The notes beneath the pieces were generated by a model that was not told the origin of the DNA, ran no database searches, and saw only the letters and a list, made by a program, of their open reading frames with translations. Positions 42,642 to 52,952 of a stretch of DNA of 64,000 nt are shown one piece after another; the first letter of the stretch is position 1; each line of letters opens with the position of its first letter. Origin of the DNA: Gemmatimonadales bacterium (GTDB lineage Bacteria > Gemmatimonadota > Gemmatimonadetes > Gemmatimonadales > GWC2-71-9); the NCBI GenBank assembly GCA_035251445.1, contig DATFEG010000040.1, positions 15,261-79,260 of the forward strand, in the 5' to 3' direction. The position numbers were made by a program, and so were the translations under genes.

Positions 42642-43331
42642 ATGCCCCTCCGCCTTTCCGAGCACGTCGAACGTGACCGGCCTCGCGAGCGTCTCTGGGC
42701 CGTTGGCTCCGGCGCGTTGACGGCGCAGGAGCTGTTGGCCATTCTCCTAGGGACAGGCACACGAGGACGGGATGCACTCGCCGTGGCGGGGGAGGTACTC
42801 GCCAGGGGCGATGGGTCGTTGCGGCGCCTCGCGACGAGGCCGGGGGCGGAGCTTGCCCGCATTCCAGGGGTGGGCCGGGCCAAGGCGGCCCGACTGACGG
42901 CGGCGATAGAGCTGGGCCGGAGGGTGGGCGCCGAGATGGAGCCCCCGCCGGCGCGCATCCGAGGACCTGGCGACGTACAGCGCTATTATGGACCGGCGCT
43001 GCGAGATCTTGCCGTCGAGGAGTTTCATGTCCTCGCCTTGGGCAGCCAGAGCCAGATCCTGGCTGACCTGATGATCACGCGGGGCATCTTGAACAGCTCG
43101 CTCGTGCACCCGCGGGAAGTGTTTCGAGCGGCGATTGCGGAGGCGGCGGCCGGGATCATCGTGGTGCATAACCATCCGAGCGGCGATCCGACGCCGTCTG
43201 CGGACGACCGCGCGGTGACACGGCAGCTGGTCGAGGCGGGCCGCGTGCTGGATGTTCCGGTGTACGATCACGTGATTGTCGGCGGCGGTGGAGAGCGGTA
43301 CGTGAGCTTTGCGGAGGCGGGACTGTTGTGA
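42642..43331 (+). CDS. radC: RadC-family JAMM protein
   Basis: ELLAILLGTGTRG... and HNHPSGDPTPS. Confidence 0.88.
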   Translation: MPLRLSEHVERDRPRERLWAVGSGALTAQELLAILLGTGTRGRDALAVAGEVLARGDGSLRRLATRPGAELARIPGVGRAKAARLTAAIELGRRVGAEMEPPPARIRGPGDVQRYYGPALRDLAVEEFHVLALGSQSQILADLMITRGILNSSLVHPREVFRAAIAEAAAGIIVVHNHPSGDPTPSADDRAVTRQLVEAGRVLDVPVYDHVIVGGGGERYVSFAEAGLL

Positions 43332-45505
43332 CGAGTGCGGCGATTCTGGCTCCTGAATTAGCCGAAGCCGTCGCGGCCCAGCGAGACCGGCTGGACCTCG
43401 ACGTCCTCTCACGCGCCTATCGCGTGAGCGCGGAGGCACATCAAGGCCAGAAGCGGATGTCGGGCGACGACTTCGTCTCTCACAGCGTCGCCGTCGCCAC
43501 GATTCTCGCCGAGCAGCAGATGGACACGACGACGATCGCGGCCGCGTTGTTGCATGACGTCGTCGAGGATTCCGACGTGACGCTCGAAAAGCTGCGGCGC
43601 GACTTCGGGAGCGAGGTGGCCGACCTCGTCGACGGGCTGACCAAGATCAAGGCGCTGACCTTCCGCTCGACCGCCGAGGAGCAAGCCGAGAACTACCGCA
43701 AGCTGCTGATGTCAGTGGCGCGCGACGCACGCGTCATCATCATCAAGCTCGCCGACCGCCTGCACAACATGCGCACGCTCGATCCGCTGCCGCCGGAGAA
43801 ACGCATGCGGATTGCGCTGGAGACGCGGGAGCTGTACGCGCCACTGGCGCACCGCTTCGGGATGGCGGGCGTCAAGGCGGAGCTCGAGGATCTGGCGTTC
43901 AAGTACCTCGAGCCCGAGGAATACAAGTCGCTGGCGCGACAGGTTAAATCGCGGAAAGGCGAGCGCGACCGCACGATCGAGCGGATGCGCGCGCCGTTGT
44001 CCGACGAGCTGCGCCGCGCCGGCATCGCGGGCTGGGATATCGTGGGCCGGCCCAAGAACCTCTGGTCGATCTTCAAGAAGATGAAGAAGCGCGGCAAGCC
44101 GTTCGAGGAAATCTACGACCTCCTGGCAGTCCGCGTTCTGGTCAACAGCATCACCGACTGCTACCACGTGCTCGGCATCATCCACCACACGTGGACCCCG
44201 CTGCAGGAACGGATCAAGGATTACATCGCGAGTCCCAAGTCGAATGGATACCAGTCGTTGCACACGACCGTGTTCGGGCCAGGCGGGCAGCTGTACGAGA
44301 TTCAGATCCGTACGCGTGACATGCACCGCACAGCCGAGTACGGTATCGCGGCGCACTGGCTGTACAAGGAAAATGGCAAGAGTCCCGACGAGCTGGATCA
44401 TCACCTCTCGTGGTTCCGACAGCTGATCGAGCTCCAGCAGGAAGCGCACAGCCCGGAGGAGTTCCTCGAGTTCCTGAAGATCGACCTGTATCAGGACGAG
44501 ATCTTCGTGTTCACGCCCAAGGGGGACGTCAAGCGTCTGCCCAAAGGCGCGACGCCGCTCGATTTCGCGTTCATGGTCCATACCGAGGTCGGACAGCACT
44601 GCAATGGCGCGCGCGTCAATGGCCGGATCGCTCCGCTGCACCGGCCGCTGCGCAACGGCGACACCGTGGAAGTGCTCACCAGTCCGCAGGCGAAGCCCTC
44701 GCGCGACTGGCTGGCCCACGTGCAGACGGGGCGCGCGCGACAGAAGATCCGGCAATGGATCAAGCAGGAAGAGCACGAGCGCAGCGTCACGCTGGGGCGC
44801 GAGATCCTGGCGCGCGAGGTGCGCCGCCGCCGTCTCGATCCGCCAACCCCTGAGCAGCTGGCGCAGGCCGGGCAGACCCTGTCATTGGGCGTCGCAGAGC
44901 AGGTGGAGGCTTCCATCGGCCGGGGCGACGTGCAGCTCGGCCAGGTACTGAAGGCCATCTACCCCCATCTGCCGGCCGACGAAGCGCAGGCACCAAAGCC
45001 GACGGCCTTCGGGCGCGTCATCGAGCGGCTGCGGCTGGGGCGCGGGATCAAGATTCACGGCGTCGAAGGGCTTATGGTGCGCTACGCCCAGTGCTGCCAG
45101 CCCGTGCCCGGCGATCCCGTGATCGGGTACGTGACGCAGGGTCGCGGCATCTCGATTCACCGCAACGACTGCCCGAATTTGCTGACGCTGTCCGGGGACG
45201 ACGAGCGGCGCGTCGAAATCGACTGGCGTGAGGTAGAGGGCGAGACCTTCGTCGTTTGTCTGGCGGTGAGCGGCGAGGATCGCCGCGGGCTGTATGCCGA
45301 CATCTGCGAAGCGATCAGTGGGACGGGCACGAACATTCGCAGCGCCGAGCTGGCCTCAAGGGACGGGGTCGTCTTCGGCTCGGTGCTGGTCGAAGTGGAG
45401 AATCAGACCCATCTGCACAAGGTTCTGAAGGCTGTGCGGAAGGTGAAGGGGGTAACCGAAATCACCCGCCGTGATTCCGGGTCCCCCGAAGTCGTTACCG
45501 GTTAG
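43328..45505 (+). CDS. rel: Bifunctional (p)ppGpp synthetase/hydrolase (RelA/SpoT homologue)
   Basis: HD domain HSVAVATIL...LLHDVVED, synthetase domain, and TGS and ACT regions. Confidence 0.93.
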   Translation: MTSAAILAPELAEAVAAQRDRLDLDVLSRAYRVSAEAHQGQKRMSGDDFVSHSVAVATILAEQQMDTTTIAAALLHDVVEDSDVTLEKLRRDFGSEVADLVDGLTKIKALTFRSTAEEQAENYRKLLMSVARDARVIIIKLADRLHNMRTLDPLPPEKRMRIALETRELYAPLAHRFGMAGVKAELEDLAFKYLEPEEYKSLARQVKSRKGERDRTIERMRAPLSDELRRAGIAGWDIVGRPKNLWSIFKKMKKRGKPFEEIYDLLAVRVLVNSITDCYHVLGIIHHTWTPLQERIKDYIASPKSNGYQSLHTTVFGPGGQLYEIQIRTRDMHRTAEYGIAAHWLYKENGKSPDELDHHLSWFRQLIELQQEAHSPEEFLEFLKIDLYQDEIFVFTPKGDVKRLPKGATPLDFAFMVHTEVGQHCNGARVNGRIAPLHRPLRNGDTVEVLTSPQAKPSRDWLAHVQTGRARQKIRQWIKQEEHERSVTLGREILAREVRRRRLDPPTPEQLAQAGQTLSLGVAEQVEASIGRGDVQLGQVLKAIYPHLPADEAQAPKPTAFGRVIERLRLGRGIKIHGVEGLMVRYAQCCQPVPGDPVIGYVTQGRGISIHRNDCPNLLTLSGDDERRVEIDWREVEGETFVVCLAVSGEDRRGLYADICEAISGTGTNIRSAELASRDGVVFGSVLVEVENQTHLHKVLKAVRKVKGVTEITRRDSGSPEVVTG

Positions 45506-45516
45506 CTTTCCTTTCT

Positions 45517-47523
45517 ATGCCATTCAAGCTCGGATCCGCCCCGCCTCCAGCGGGTGATCAGCCGCGCGCTATCCGCGAGCTGAGCTCGGGCCTGCGGCGC
45601 GGTGACCGCTATCAGACACTGCTCGGCGTAACGGGCTCGGGAAAGACGATGACGATGGCGCACGTCATCGCCGATTTGGGGCGGCCGACCCTGGTGTTGT
45701 CGCACAACAAGACCCTGGCCGCGCAGTTGTACGGCGAGCTGAAGGCGTTCTTCCCCCAGAGCGCGGTCGAGTTTTTCATCTCGTACTATGACTACTACCA
45801 GCCCGAAGCCTACGTGCCAGCTACCGACACGTATATCGCCAAGGACTCGTCGATCAACGACGACATCGAGCGGCTCAGGCTGCGGGCGACGTCGAGCTTG
45901 ATGGAGCGCGATGACGTCGTCATTGTCGCGAGCGTCTCGGCCATCTATGGCCTGGGTGACCCGGAGCTCTATCGCGAGCTTTTGGTAACGGCCCAAAAGG
46001 GCGAATCCCGGGGCCGGGATGTGCTGCTCGCCGATCTCATCGCCATCCAGTACCAGCGCAACGACGTTGGATTTGAGCGTGGGACGTTCCGGGTGCGAGG
46101 AGATACGGTCGAGATCTTTCCGGCCTACGACGAGCAGGCTGTGCGGCTCGAGTTCTGGGGCGATGAGATTGAGCGGATCGCGAAGATCGATCCCCTCACC
46201 GGAAACGTGATCGTCGAGCTGGAGCGCTGTGCCGTCTATCCGGCGACGCACTTCGTCACGCAGCGGCCGACCATCGAGCGCGCGGTCAAGTCGATTCGCG
46301 ATGAGCTACGGCTGCGGCTGGCGGAGCTGCGCCAGCAGAACAAGCTGCTCGAGGCCCAGCGGCTCGAATCCCGGACGCAGTTCGATATCGACATGCTGCT
46401 TGAAGTGGGCCGCTGCGCCGGGATCGAGAACTACTCGCGGCACTTCAGCGGCAGGCAACCGGGAGAGCGGCCAGCCTGCCTGCTCGACTACTTCCCGAAC
46501 GACTACCTGTGCATCATCGATGAGTCACACCAAACGCTGCCACAGCTCGGCGCGATGTATGAGGGCGATCGCTCGCGTAAACAGACCCTCGTGGACTATG
46601 GCTTCCGCCTCCCGTCGGCCCTGGATAACCGCCCCTTACGCTACGACGAGTTCATGGGATTGGTCCCTCGCATCGTGTTCGTGTCAGCCACACCGGGCCA
46701 GGACGAGCTGCGTCTGTCCAGCGGTGTGATCGTCGAACAGATCATCCGGCCCACGGGGCTTGTGGATCCCCAGGTCGAAATCCGACCGGTCGCCGGCCAG
46801 GTGGACGACCTCTTGAGCGAGATTCGCCTTCGCGAAAAGAAGAACGAGCGCGTCTTGGTGACGACTCTCACCAAGCGCATGGCCGAAGATCTCACCGATT
46901 ACCTGCAGCAGCATGGCGTCCGCGTGCGGTACCTGCACTCCGAGATCGACGCGATCGAGCGGGTCGAGATCATCCGGGGCTTGCGGCTCGGGGAATTCGA
47001 TGTCCTCGTCGGGATCAACCTCCTGCGCGAGGGGCTCGACCTCCCCGAAGTGTCGCTCGTCGCCGTGTTGGATGCTGATCAGGAGGGCTTCCTGCGCTCG
47101 GATCGCTCGCTCATCCAGACCGTCGGGCGGGCGGCGCGACACCTGAATGGGAGGGCCATTCTATACGCTGATCGCGTGACCGGTTCGATGGAACGGGCGC
47201 TGAACGAAATGACGCGGCGGCGGGAGGCGCAGCTCGCGTTTAACGCGGAGCACGGCATCACCCCGCGGTCCATCGTGAAATCAGTGGTCGATATCCGCTT
47301 CGTGACCCGCGTAGCCGATGCCCGCGTCGGCAAGCCGGCGGCAGGCCCAGTGCGACGTCCTACCGACGCCCGTGAACGGGATGCGCTGATCCGGCTGCTC
47401 GAGCAGCAAATGCAGGCGGCCGCCGAAGAGTTGGATTTCGAGCTGGCCGCGGTGCTGCGCGATCAGCTCCTCGAGCTCAAAGCCGATGCGCCTCTCCGCG
47501 AGCGAGCTCAACCGGTTCGGTGA
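45517..47523 (+). CDS. uvrB: Excinuclease ABC subunit B
   Basis: [33 protein letters not shown], and a C-terminal UVR motif. Confidence 0.96.
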   Translation: MPFKLGSAPPPAGDQPRAIRELSSGLRRGDRYQTLLGVTGSGKTMTMAHVIADLGRPTLVLSHNKTLAAQLYGELKAFFPQSAVEFFISYYDYYQPEAYVPATDTYIAKDSSINDDIERLRLRATSSLMERDDVVIVASVSAIYGLGDPELYRELLVTAQKGESRGRDVLLADLIAIQYQRNDVGFERGTFRVRGDTVEIFPAYDEQAVRLEFWGDEIERIAKIDPLTGNVIVELERCAVYPATHFVTQRPTIERAVKSIRDELRLRLAELRQQNKLLEAQRLESRTQFDIDMLLEVGRCAGIENYSRHFSGRQPGERPACLLDYFPNDYLCIIDESHQTLPQLGAMYEGDRSRKQTLVDYGFRLPSALDNRPLRYDEFMGLVPRIVFVSATPGQDELRLSSGVIVEQIIRPTGLVDPQVEIRPVAGQVDDLLSEIRLREKKNERVLVTTLTKRMAEDLTDYLQQHGVRVRYLHSEIDAIERVEIIRGLRLGEFDVLVGINLLREGLDLPEVSLVAVLDADQEGFLRSDRSLIQTVGRAARHLNGRAILYADRVTGSMERALNEMTRRREAQLAFNAEHGITPRSIVKSVVDIRFVTRVADARVGKPAAGPVRRPTDARERDALIRLLEQQMQAAAEELDFELAAVLRDQLLELKADAPLRERAQPVR

Positions 47524-47899
47524 GGAGCTCGGCGCCCAGCTCACCGCGCCGGCGGTGATCGGGTTGTCGGGGGAGCTAGGCACGGGGAAGACAACCCTCG
47601 TCCAGGCTATTTGCCGCGGTTTGGGAGCGCGATCGCGCGCCACGAGCCCCAGCTACGCACTTGTGCATCAGTATGACGCGAGCAGGACTCCTGTCTATCA
47701 TGTCGATTGCTATCGGCTGCGATCTCCCGATGAGGCGCGCGATCTGGGTTTTGATGACATGATGCGCGGGCGGGCGATCATCTTGATTGAGTGGCCGGAG
47801 CGCGCGGGAGCGTGGGCGCCGCCGCTCGACCGTCATTTCAAGCTGTCGTATGACAGCGATGACGCTGTGCGCCTGCTCGAGGAATTGCATAGTCGATGA
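47486..47899 (+). CDS. tsaE: tRNA t6A biosynthesis ATPase TsaE
   Basis: [15 protein letters not shown]...HVDCYRL. Confidence 0.85.
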   Translation: MRLSASELNRFGEELGAQLTAPAVIGLSGELGTGKTTLVQAICRGLGARSRATSPSYALVHQYDASRTPVYHVDCYRLRSPDEARDLGFDDMMRGRAIILIEWPERAGAWAPPLDRHFKLSYDSDDAVRLLEELHSR

Positions 47900-48612
47900 G
47901 CGAGCCCCAGCGCTGGCTCGCCATCGATACGGCGACCGACGTCGCCAGTGTCGCGATTCGCTCGGCCAACGTCACGGTCGAGCGCTCCTGTCGCGGTGCC
48001 CGACAGCACGCTGCGCAGATCGTCCCGCTTATTCACGAGGTGCTGGGGCTCGCTAAGCTGCCGTTCAACGACCTCCTAGGAGTCATTGTAGGCGACGGGC
48101 CCGGCAGCTTTACCGGCGTCCGCATCGGCTGGGCGGCGGCAAAGGGGCTCATTCACGACCGCCAGCTCCCTCTCATCGCGATCCCGTCGCTCCTTGGTGC
48201 GGCGTACGGAGCCGGCGTTGAGACCGTCGCCGCCTGCTACGACGCGTTACGGGGCCAGGTGTTTGGCGCGATCTATCGGTTTGGGGACGACCGAGTGCAG
48301 ACGCTGGTCGCGCCAAGCGTGTTTACGCTGCCCGAGCTCGTGGCCGCCGCCCCGCGGCCACCGATTTTGGCCGTCGGCGATGGCGCTGACCGTTATCGCG
48401 ATGAAGTCGTGGCGTGGACGGGGCGTGCGCCGGTGGGTCTCAATGGGTTGCCCGGGTTGGCCGGGTCATTGCTATCGCTTTTCTCGTATGATTTCGCGCG
48501 CCGCGGGATTGATGACCCGAGCGTCGCGGAACCCGTGTACGGACGCCCCGCCGAAGCACAGGTGAAATGGGAGAGCCGCTACGGCCGACCGCTTCCGAAT
48601 TCGTCCCGCTGA
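47896..48612 (+). CDS. tsaB: tRNA t6A biosynthesis protein TsaB
   Basis: LAIDTATDVASVAI...GPGSFTGVRIG. Confidence 0.85.
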   Translation: MSEPQRWLAIDTATDVASVAIRSANVTVERSCRGARQHAAQIVPLIHEVLGLAKLPFNDLLGVIVGDGPGSFTGVRIGWAAAKGLIHDRQLPLIAIPSLLGAAYGAGVETVAACYDALRGQVFGAIYRFGDDRVQTLVAPSVFTLPELVAAAPRPPILAVGDGADRYRDEVVAWTGRAPVGLNGLPGLAGSLLSLFSYDFARRGIDDPSVAEPVYGRPAEAQVKWESRYGRPLPNSSR

Positions 48613-48631
48613 ACTCACCGACGTCTCTGCC

Positions 48632-49027
48632 GTGCACGCAATCGAGCAACGCGTGTTCGCGGATCCATGGTCGACGCAGGATTTTCGTGACTGTGTCTCA
48701 TTCGCGCAGTTCCTCGTGGCGGACGACGGTGGCACCGTCGCCGGCTATGTCGTGGCCCTCGACGCGGCGGACGAAGGCGAGATCCTCAACCTGGCAGTCG
48801 CGGAAGCAGGGCGCCGTCGCGGATTGGGACGCGCGCTGGTGCGGGAAATCCTGGAGGCGTTGTCCCGACGAGGGGTTCGGTCCGTCTATCTCGAAGTTAG
48901 GGAATCCAACGCACCCGCCCGCGCGCTTTATGAGGCGTTCGGGTTCCGGGAGGTCGGTCGGCGGGAGCGGTACTACCGGCGGCCCGTCGAGGATGCGATC
49001 GTCCTCAGACGTGATGCAAAACTTTGA
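48632..49027 (+). CDS. rimI: Ribosomal-protein-alanine N-acetyltransferase (GNAT)
   Basis: IEQRVFADPWS...RRRGLGRAL...YEAFGF. Homology extends upstream of GTG 48632 (IRPAELTDVSA) with no canonical start there. Confidence 0.8.
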   Translation: MHAIEQRVFADPWSTQDFRDCVSFAQFLVADDGGTVAGYVVALDAADEGEILNLAVAEAGRRRGLGRALVREILEALSRRGVRSVYLEVRESNAPARALYEAFGFREVGRRERYYRRPVEDAIVLRRDAKL

Positions 49028-49047
49028 TACAAGTGGCGTATCTTTGG

Positions 49048-49076
49048 TTGACAGAATGACTTGCGATTTATATAGT
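49048..49076 (+). promoter_or_regulatory. Near-consensus sigma70 promoter upstream of ssb
   Basis: TTGACA (49048-49053) - 17 nt - TATAGT (49071-49076) in a local AT-rich island. GGAGG at 49114, GTG at 49124. Confidence 0.55.
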
Positions 49077-49123
49077 GTGTGGCACCCTTGGGCCCAACCC
49101 GCTTAAATCGTTCGGAGGTCGTT

Positions 49124-49612
49124 GTGAGCCGCAGTCTTAACAAGGTCCAGCTGATCGGGAATTTGGGGGCCGATCCCGAGGTGCGCAGCACGAATAACGG
49201 CTCCCGGGTAGCAACCCTCTCTGTAGCGACCAGTCGGCAGTGGACGGGCAGTGGCGGAGAGAAGCAGGAAAAGACGGACTGGCATCGAGTTATCTGCTGG
49301 AACAACAAGGTCGGCCAGCAACTGGCCGACGTGTGCGAGAAGTACCTGAAGAAGGGTGACAAGGTCTACGTCGAAGGCCGCGTCGAATACCGGACGTGGG
49401 AAGACAACAACAAGCAGACGCGCTACGTCACCGAGATCATTGCGCGCGAGCTGATCATGCTTGGCTCGCGAGGCGGAGCCGCTCCGGTCGGAGCGGGGGC
49501 AGGGCGAGGCGCCGGGGCAGTCGCGGAATCCGGCGGAAAGGGGGGCACCCCCGAATCGCTCGACGCATTCCCGGAGGCGCTGGATGAGGAGGACGACGAT
49601 CTGCCGTTCTAG
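49124..49612 (+). CDS. ssb: Single-stranded DNA-binding protein
   Basis: LNKVQLIGNLGADPEVR...TDWHRV..., Gly-rich tail ending DDDLPF. Confidence 0.93.
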   Translation: MSRSLNKVQLIGNLGADPEVRSTNNGSRVATLSVATSRQWTGSGGEKQEKTDWHRVICWNNKVGQQLADVCEKYLKKGDKVYVEGRVEYRTWEDNNKQTRYVTEIIARELIMLGSRGGAAPVGAGAGRGAGAVAESGGKGGTPESLDAFPEALDEEDDDLPF

Positions 49613-50828
49613 CCGCTCCGCTCTACTGGCCCTGGCGGCGTTGCCGCTGATGTGGCGAGTCGTGCCGGCGCAGGATACGACTCAAGCGGTGCAGCAGGAC
49701 ACCACGCAGGCGGCCGCCGCCTTTCAGGGCCAAATTCCCAATACCCACACAGTGATCCGCGGTGAGACCCTCTGGTCCATCGCCCAGATGTACTTTACCG
49801 ACCCGTTGCTCTGGCCGGAGATTTACCGGCTCAATACCGTCGTTATCGAAGACCCGCACTGGATCTATCCGGGTGAGGTTTTGAGCCTTGCCGAACTGAT
49901 GACCGTCGCGCAGGATACGTCGATCGCGGCGGCTGATACCGTCCGCGCCGACACCATGATCGCGGTGATTCCGACCGACACCGCGATGATCGATACGATC
50001 CCTGCCGACACGACATTCGTCTTCGAGGCGCCTCCACCGTCGATCGTGGAGTCGAACGAGACGATATTCGATCGACGCCGGACCAGCCGGCAACAGGTGC
50101 AGGATGTGCTGCGTGCATACGCGGAGCAGCCGTATCGGCCGCTGCGGGCCGGCGAGTTCTATGCCGCCGGATTCCTGAGCGAGCTCGAGGATCTTCCGTG
50201 GGCTCAAGTGGTCGGCTCCACGGCGACGTCGGCGATTACGCGTCTGTCGGCGGGAAGCAGCGCCACGATGTACGACGAGATCGCGATTCGACCGCCCGGC
50301 AATGCGTCGTATCACGTGGGTGATTCCATCTTGGTCGCGCGCATCGACCGGGTGGTGCAGACCGGGCGTTGGGGAGAAGTCGTCGTGCCCGTCGGGATTG
50401 CGCGGGTGACCGCCGTCGAAGACGCTCAACTCCTCGCCCGGGTGGTGGGGCAATTCGGGCGGGTCCGCAATGGCCTCCTCGCCATGCCGCTCGAGCCGTT
50501 CCGGGACCCCGGACAGGTGCGTCCGACGGCGGTGGAGCAGGGTATGGTAGGCAAGCTGATCGAGCCGCGCGATGTGCACCCGATCGCCGGAGCCCAGCAG
50601 TACTTCTTCATCGACAAAGGGCGCAGCGACGGTGTCACTTTGGGCGACGTGTTCGAGGCGTACAAGCCGGCGGGCGGGTATCTTGGTGCAGCATCGGAAG
50701 AGGTTCGTGCAGTGCTGATGGTCGTGCACACACGCGAGCATTCGTCCACGGGCCTCCTGATCCAAATCACGCATCCTGGACTCGAGAACGGTCTCCCGGT
50801 ACGACTGATCAAGAAGATGCCCTCCTAA
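49584..50828 (+). CDS. LysM domain-containing secreted protein
   Basis: ATG 49584 with signal peptide ...ALLALAALPLMWRVVPAQD. LysM motif HTVIRGETLWSIAQMYF...LNTV. Confidence 0.7.
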   Translation: MRRTTICRSSRSALLALAALPLMWRVVPAQDTTQAVQQDTTQAAAAFQGQIPNTHTVIRGETLWSIAQMYFTDPLLWPEIYRLNTVVIEDPHWIYPGEVLSLAELMTVAQDTSIAAADTVRADTMIAVIPTDTAMIDTIPADTTFVFEAPPPSIVESNETIFDRRRTSRQQVQDVLRAYAEQPYRPLRAGEFYAAGFLSELEDLPWAQVVGSTATSAITRLSAGSSATMYDEIAIRPPGNASYHVGDSILVARIDRVVQTGRWGEVVVPVGIARVTAVEDAQLLARVVGQFGRVRNGLLAMPLEPFRDPGQVRPTAVEQGMVGKLIEPRDVHPIAGAQQYFFIDKGRSDGVTLGDVFEAYKPAGGYLGAASEEVRAVLMVVHTREHSSTGLLIQITHPGLENGLPVRLIKKMPS

Positions 50829-50832
50829 CTGC

Positions 50833-50860
50833 CCATTTCCCGCCGGATGGCGGGGAATGG
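50833..50860 (+). promoter_or_regulatory. 12-bp hairpin enclosing the start codon of the ccsA-like gene
   Basis: CCATTTCCCGCC-GGAT-GGCGGGGAATGG (one G-U pair). ATG 50857 lies in the 3' arm. No T-tract follows. Confidence 0.5.
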
Positions 50861-51675
50861 CTTGGCTCGCGTCTCCCGTGATTGTCACTCTGCATCTCGT
50901 GGCGTTAGCGCTCTACGGATTGACGACCGTACTGACGCTGGCGCCGTTCGTGGGGCTGCGTGCCGCGCCGCGCGCCCTCGCGATCGCACTTCCGTGCGCG
51001 GGCGCGTCCGCGCAGGTCGTGGCGGTCTCGCAACTCACGCTTGTGGGCCTGGGCCCCGCTCTCTCGATGCTGGCGTTGTGTCTGGTGCTGCTGCAGCTTG
51101 CCAGCGAGCGGCTGCTGCGTGGCTCAGCGGTGTCATTTTTTGCCGCCCCCGTCGCGACCGGCCTCCTCGGCCTAGCCATCTTGAGCGGTCTCACACCCGA
51201 TGCCTCGCCGGCACCCGGCCGCAACACGTGGTTCGTATTGCACGTCGTACTGAGCGTGCTGGGCGTTGCGTTGATGGCGCTGGCCTTCATCGCCGCAGCG
51301 CTCTACCTGCTGCAATTTCGTGAGCTCAAAGCGCGTCGCTTCGGTCAGATCTTCCAGCTGTTTCCGCCGCTCGAACGGCTTGATCAACTCAACCGATTCG
51401 CGCTCGTCGCGGGCTTCCCGGCGCTGACGCTCGGCGTGCTTCTCGCGCTCGGCTACGGGGCGCGGTTTTCGGGAGACGGCCTGCACCTCGCTAAGGCCCA
51501 ACTCGTCTGGGGCATCTTCACGTGGGGCGTGCTCGCGTGGGCGGTGTGGGTCCGCGTCGTTCGTCACTGGGCCGGCCGTCGTGCTGCGTTCGCCAGCATT
51601 GCCGGCTTCGCGGCGGTCATTCTGGTCTACGTCGCCTTGAAGCTCGCGCAGCCAGGTGTGGAGCGGTTTCTGTGA
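50857..51675 (+). CDS. Cytochrome c assembly family membrane protein (CcsA/HemX-like)
   Basis: Polytopic membrane protein with WFVLHVVLSVLG...LLQFRELK. Adjacent to hemA, as is usual for this family. Confidence 0.7.
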   Translation: MAWLASPVIVTLHLVALALYGLTTVLTLAPFVGLRAAPRALAIALPCAGASAQVVAVSQLTLVGLGPALSMLALCLVLLQLASERLLRGSAVSFFAAPVATGLLGLAILSGLTPDASPAPGRNTWFVLHVVLSVLGVALMALAFIAAALYLLQFRELKARRFGQIFQLFPPLERLDQLNRFALVAGFPALTLGVLLALGYGARFSGDGLHLAKAQLVWGIFTWGVLAWAVWVRVVRHWAGRRAAFASIAGFAAVILVYVALKLAQPGVERFL

Positions 51676-52952
51676 CTACGCCCGTCGGCATGGGAATCAA
51701 GGTCATCGGCGTGAACCATCGCACCGCGCCGCTCGAGGTACGGGAGCGGTTCGCGCATGGAGCACACGAGGTGCCTGGTGCGCTGGCGCGGGTCATCGCC
51801 GCCGGTGCGAGCGGCGGCGTCCTGCTTTCGACCTGCAACCGCACGGAGTTCTACCTCGTCGCGGACGACGAGCCGGCGCTCGAGACCGTATGGTCGCTGC
51901 TGGGCGAACGGCTTTCGATGCCGCCCAGCGGCAGTGCGCGTGAATATGGCTATCTCGCGCGCGATCGTGATGCGGTACGCCACCTCTATCGCGTTTCGGC
52001 CGGCCTCGACTCGATGATCCTCGGCGAATCGCAGATCCAGGGGCAGGTGCGCGAAGCGTGGGAAGCGTCGCGCGCGCAGGCAGGACCGGTCTTGCACCGC
52101 CTGTTCCAGAGCGCGCTGCACGTCGGTTCGCGCGTCCGGACCGAAACCGCGCTCGGCATGGGGACGGCGTCTGCGGCGTCGGCGGGCGTTGCCGTCGCCG
52201 GCAAGATCTTCGGCGATCTGGCCGGTCACAGCGCTCTCATTCTTGGGGCGGGAGACATGGCCGAGCTCGCTGCCACCTGTTTGAGCAAAGAGGGGGTGCA
52301 CATCACACTCGTGGCGAATCGCACTCAGGAGCGCGCCCGCGCGATTGCCGAGCGGCTCGGTGGTCGCGCCGTGTCGTTGGAGGAAGCGTGGCCGCATTTT
52401 GCGACCACGGACATCGCCCTCTGCTCGACGGCCGCGCCACATACGGTCGTGACGTGGGAGCGCGTCGGTCCCCTCATCGCGGAGCGTCGGGGTCGGCCGC
52501 TCTGCATCCTGGATCTCGCCGTGCCGCGTGACGTCGATCCGGCCGTCGGTCAAATCGAGAACGTGTTCCTCTATGACGTCGATGATCTCCAGACCGTCGC
52601 TGCGCAAGCCACCGCGCGGCGTCGGGATGAGATCCCGGCTGCGGAACGGATCGTCGACGAGGAAACCGACCTGTTCTGGGCTTGGTACGGGGGGCTGGGC
52701 GTGGTTCCGACAATCAAGGAATTCCGCGCACGCTTGGACGCCCTACGCGTTGCCGAGGTCGAGCACGCGCTCAAACAACTGAACCATTTGTCACCCGAGG
52801 ACCGCGCGCGTGTCGAGCAGCTCAGCCAGTCGCTGCTGAACAAGTTCCTGCATCAGCCCACCGTCGCTCTCAAGCAGGCCGCCGAGCAGGGCCATGGCTA
52901 CGGCCTGCTGGAGGCGCTCCGCCGGCTGTTCGGAATGGAGCCACCCGCATGA
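51672..52952 (+). CDS. hemA: Glutamyl-tRNA reductase
   Basis: VIGVNHRTAPLEVRE...LSTCNRTEFY. GTG 51672 overlaps the upstream stop (alternative ATG 51690). Confidence 0.9.
   Translation: MTTPVGMGIKVIGVNHRTAPLEVRERFAHGAHEVPGALARVIAAGASGGVLLSTCNRTEFYLVADDEPALETVWSLLGERLSMPPSGSAREYGYLARDRDAVRHLYRVSAGLDSMILGESQIQGQVREAWEASRAQAGPVLHRLFQSALHVGSRVRTETALGMGTASAASAGVAVAGKIFGDLAGHSALILGAGDMAELAATCLSKEGVHITLVANRTQERARAIAERLGGRAVSLEEAWPHFATTDIALCSTAAPHTVVTWERVGPLIAERRGRPLCILDLAVPRDVDPAVGQIENVFLYDVDDLQTVAAQATARRRDEIPAAERIVDEETDLFWAWYGGLGVVPTIKEFRARLDALRVAEVEHALKQLNHLSPEDRARVEQLSQSLLNKFLHQPTVALKQAAEQGHGYGLLEALRRLFGMEPPA

Noticed and set aside
42642-49612. radC, uvrB and ssb as remnants of an integrative or conjugative element or prophage
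   Set aside because: No integrase, relaxase, phage structural genes or flanking repeats were seen. The neighbours (rel, tsaE, tsaB, rimI) are core housekeeping genes and are co-oriented.
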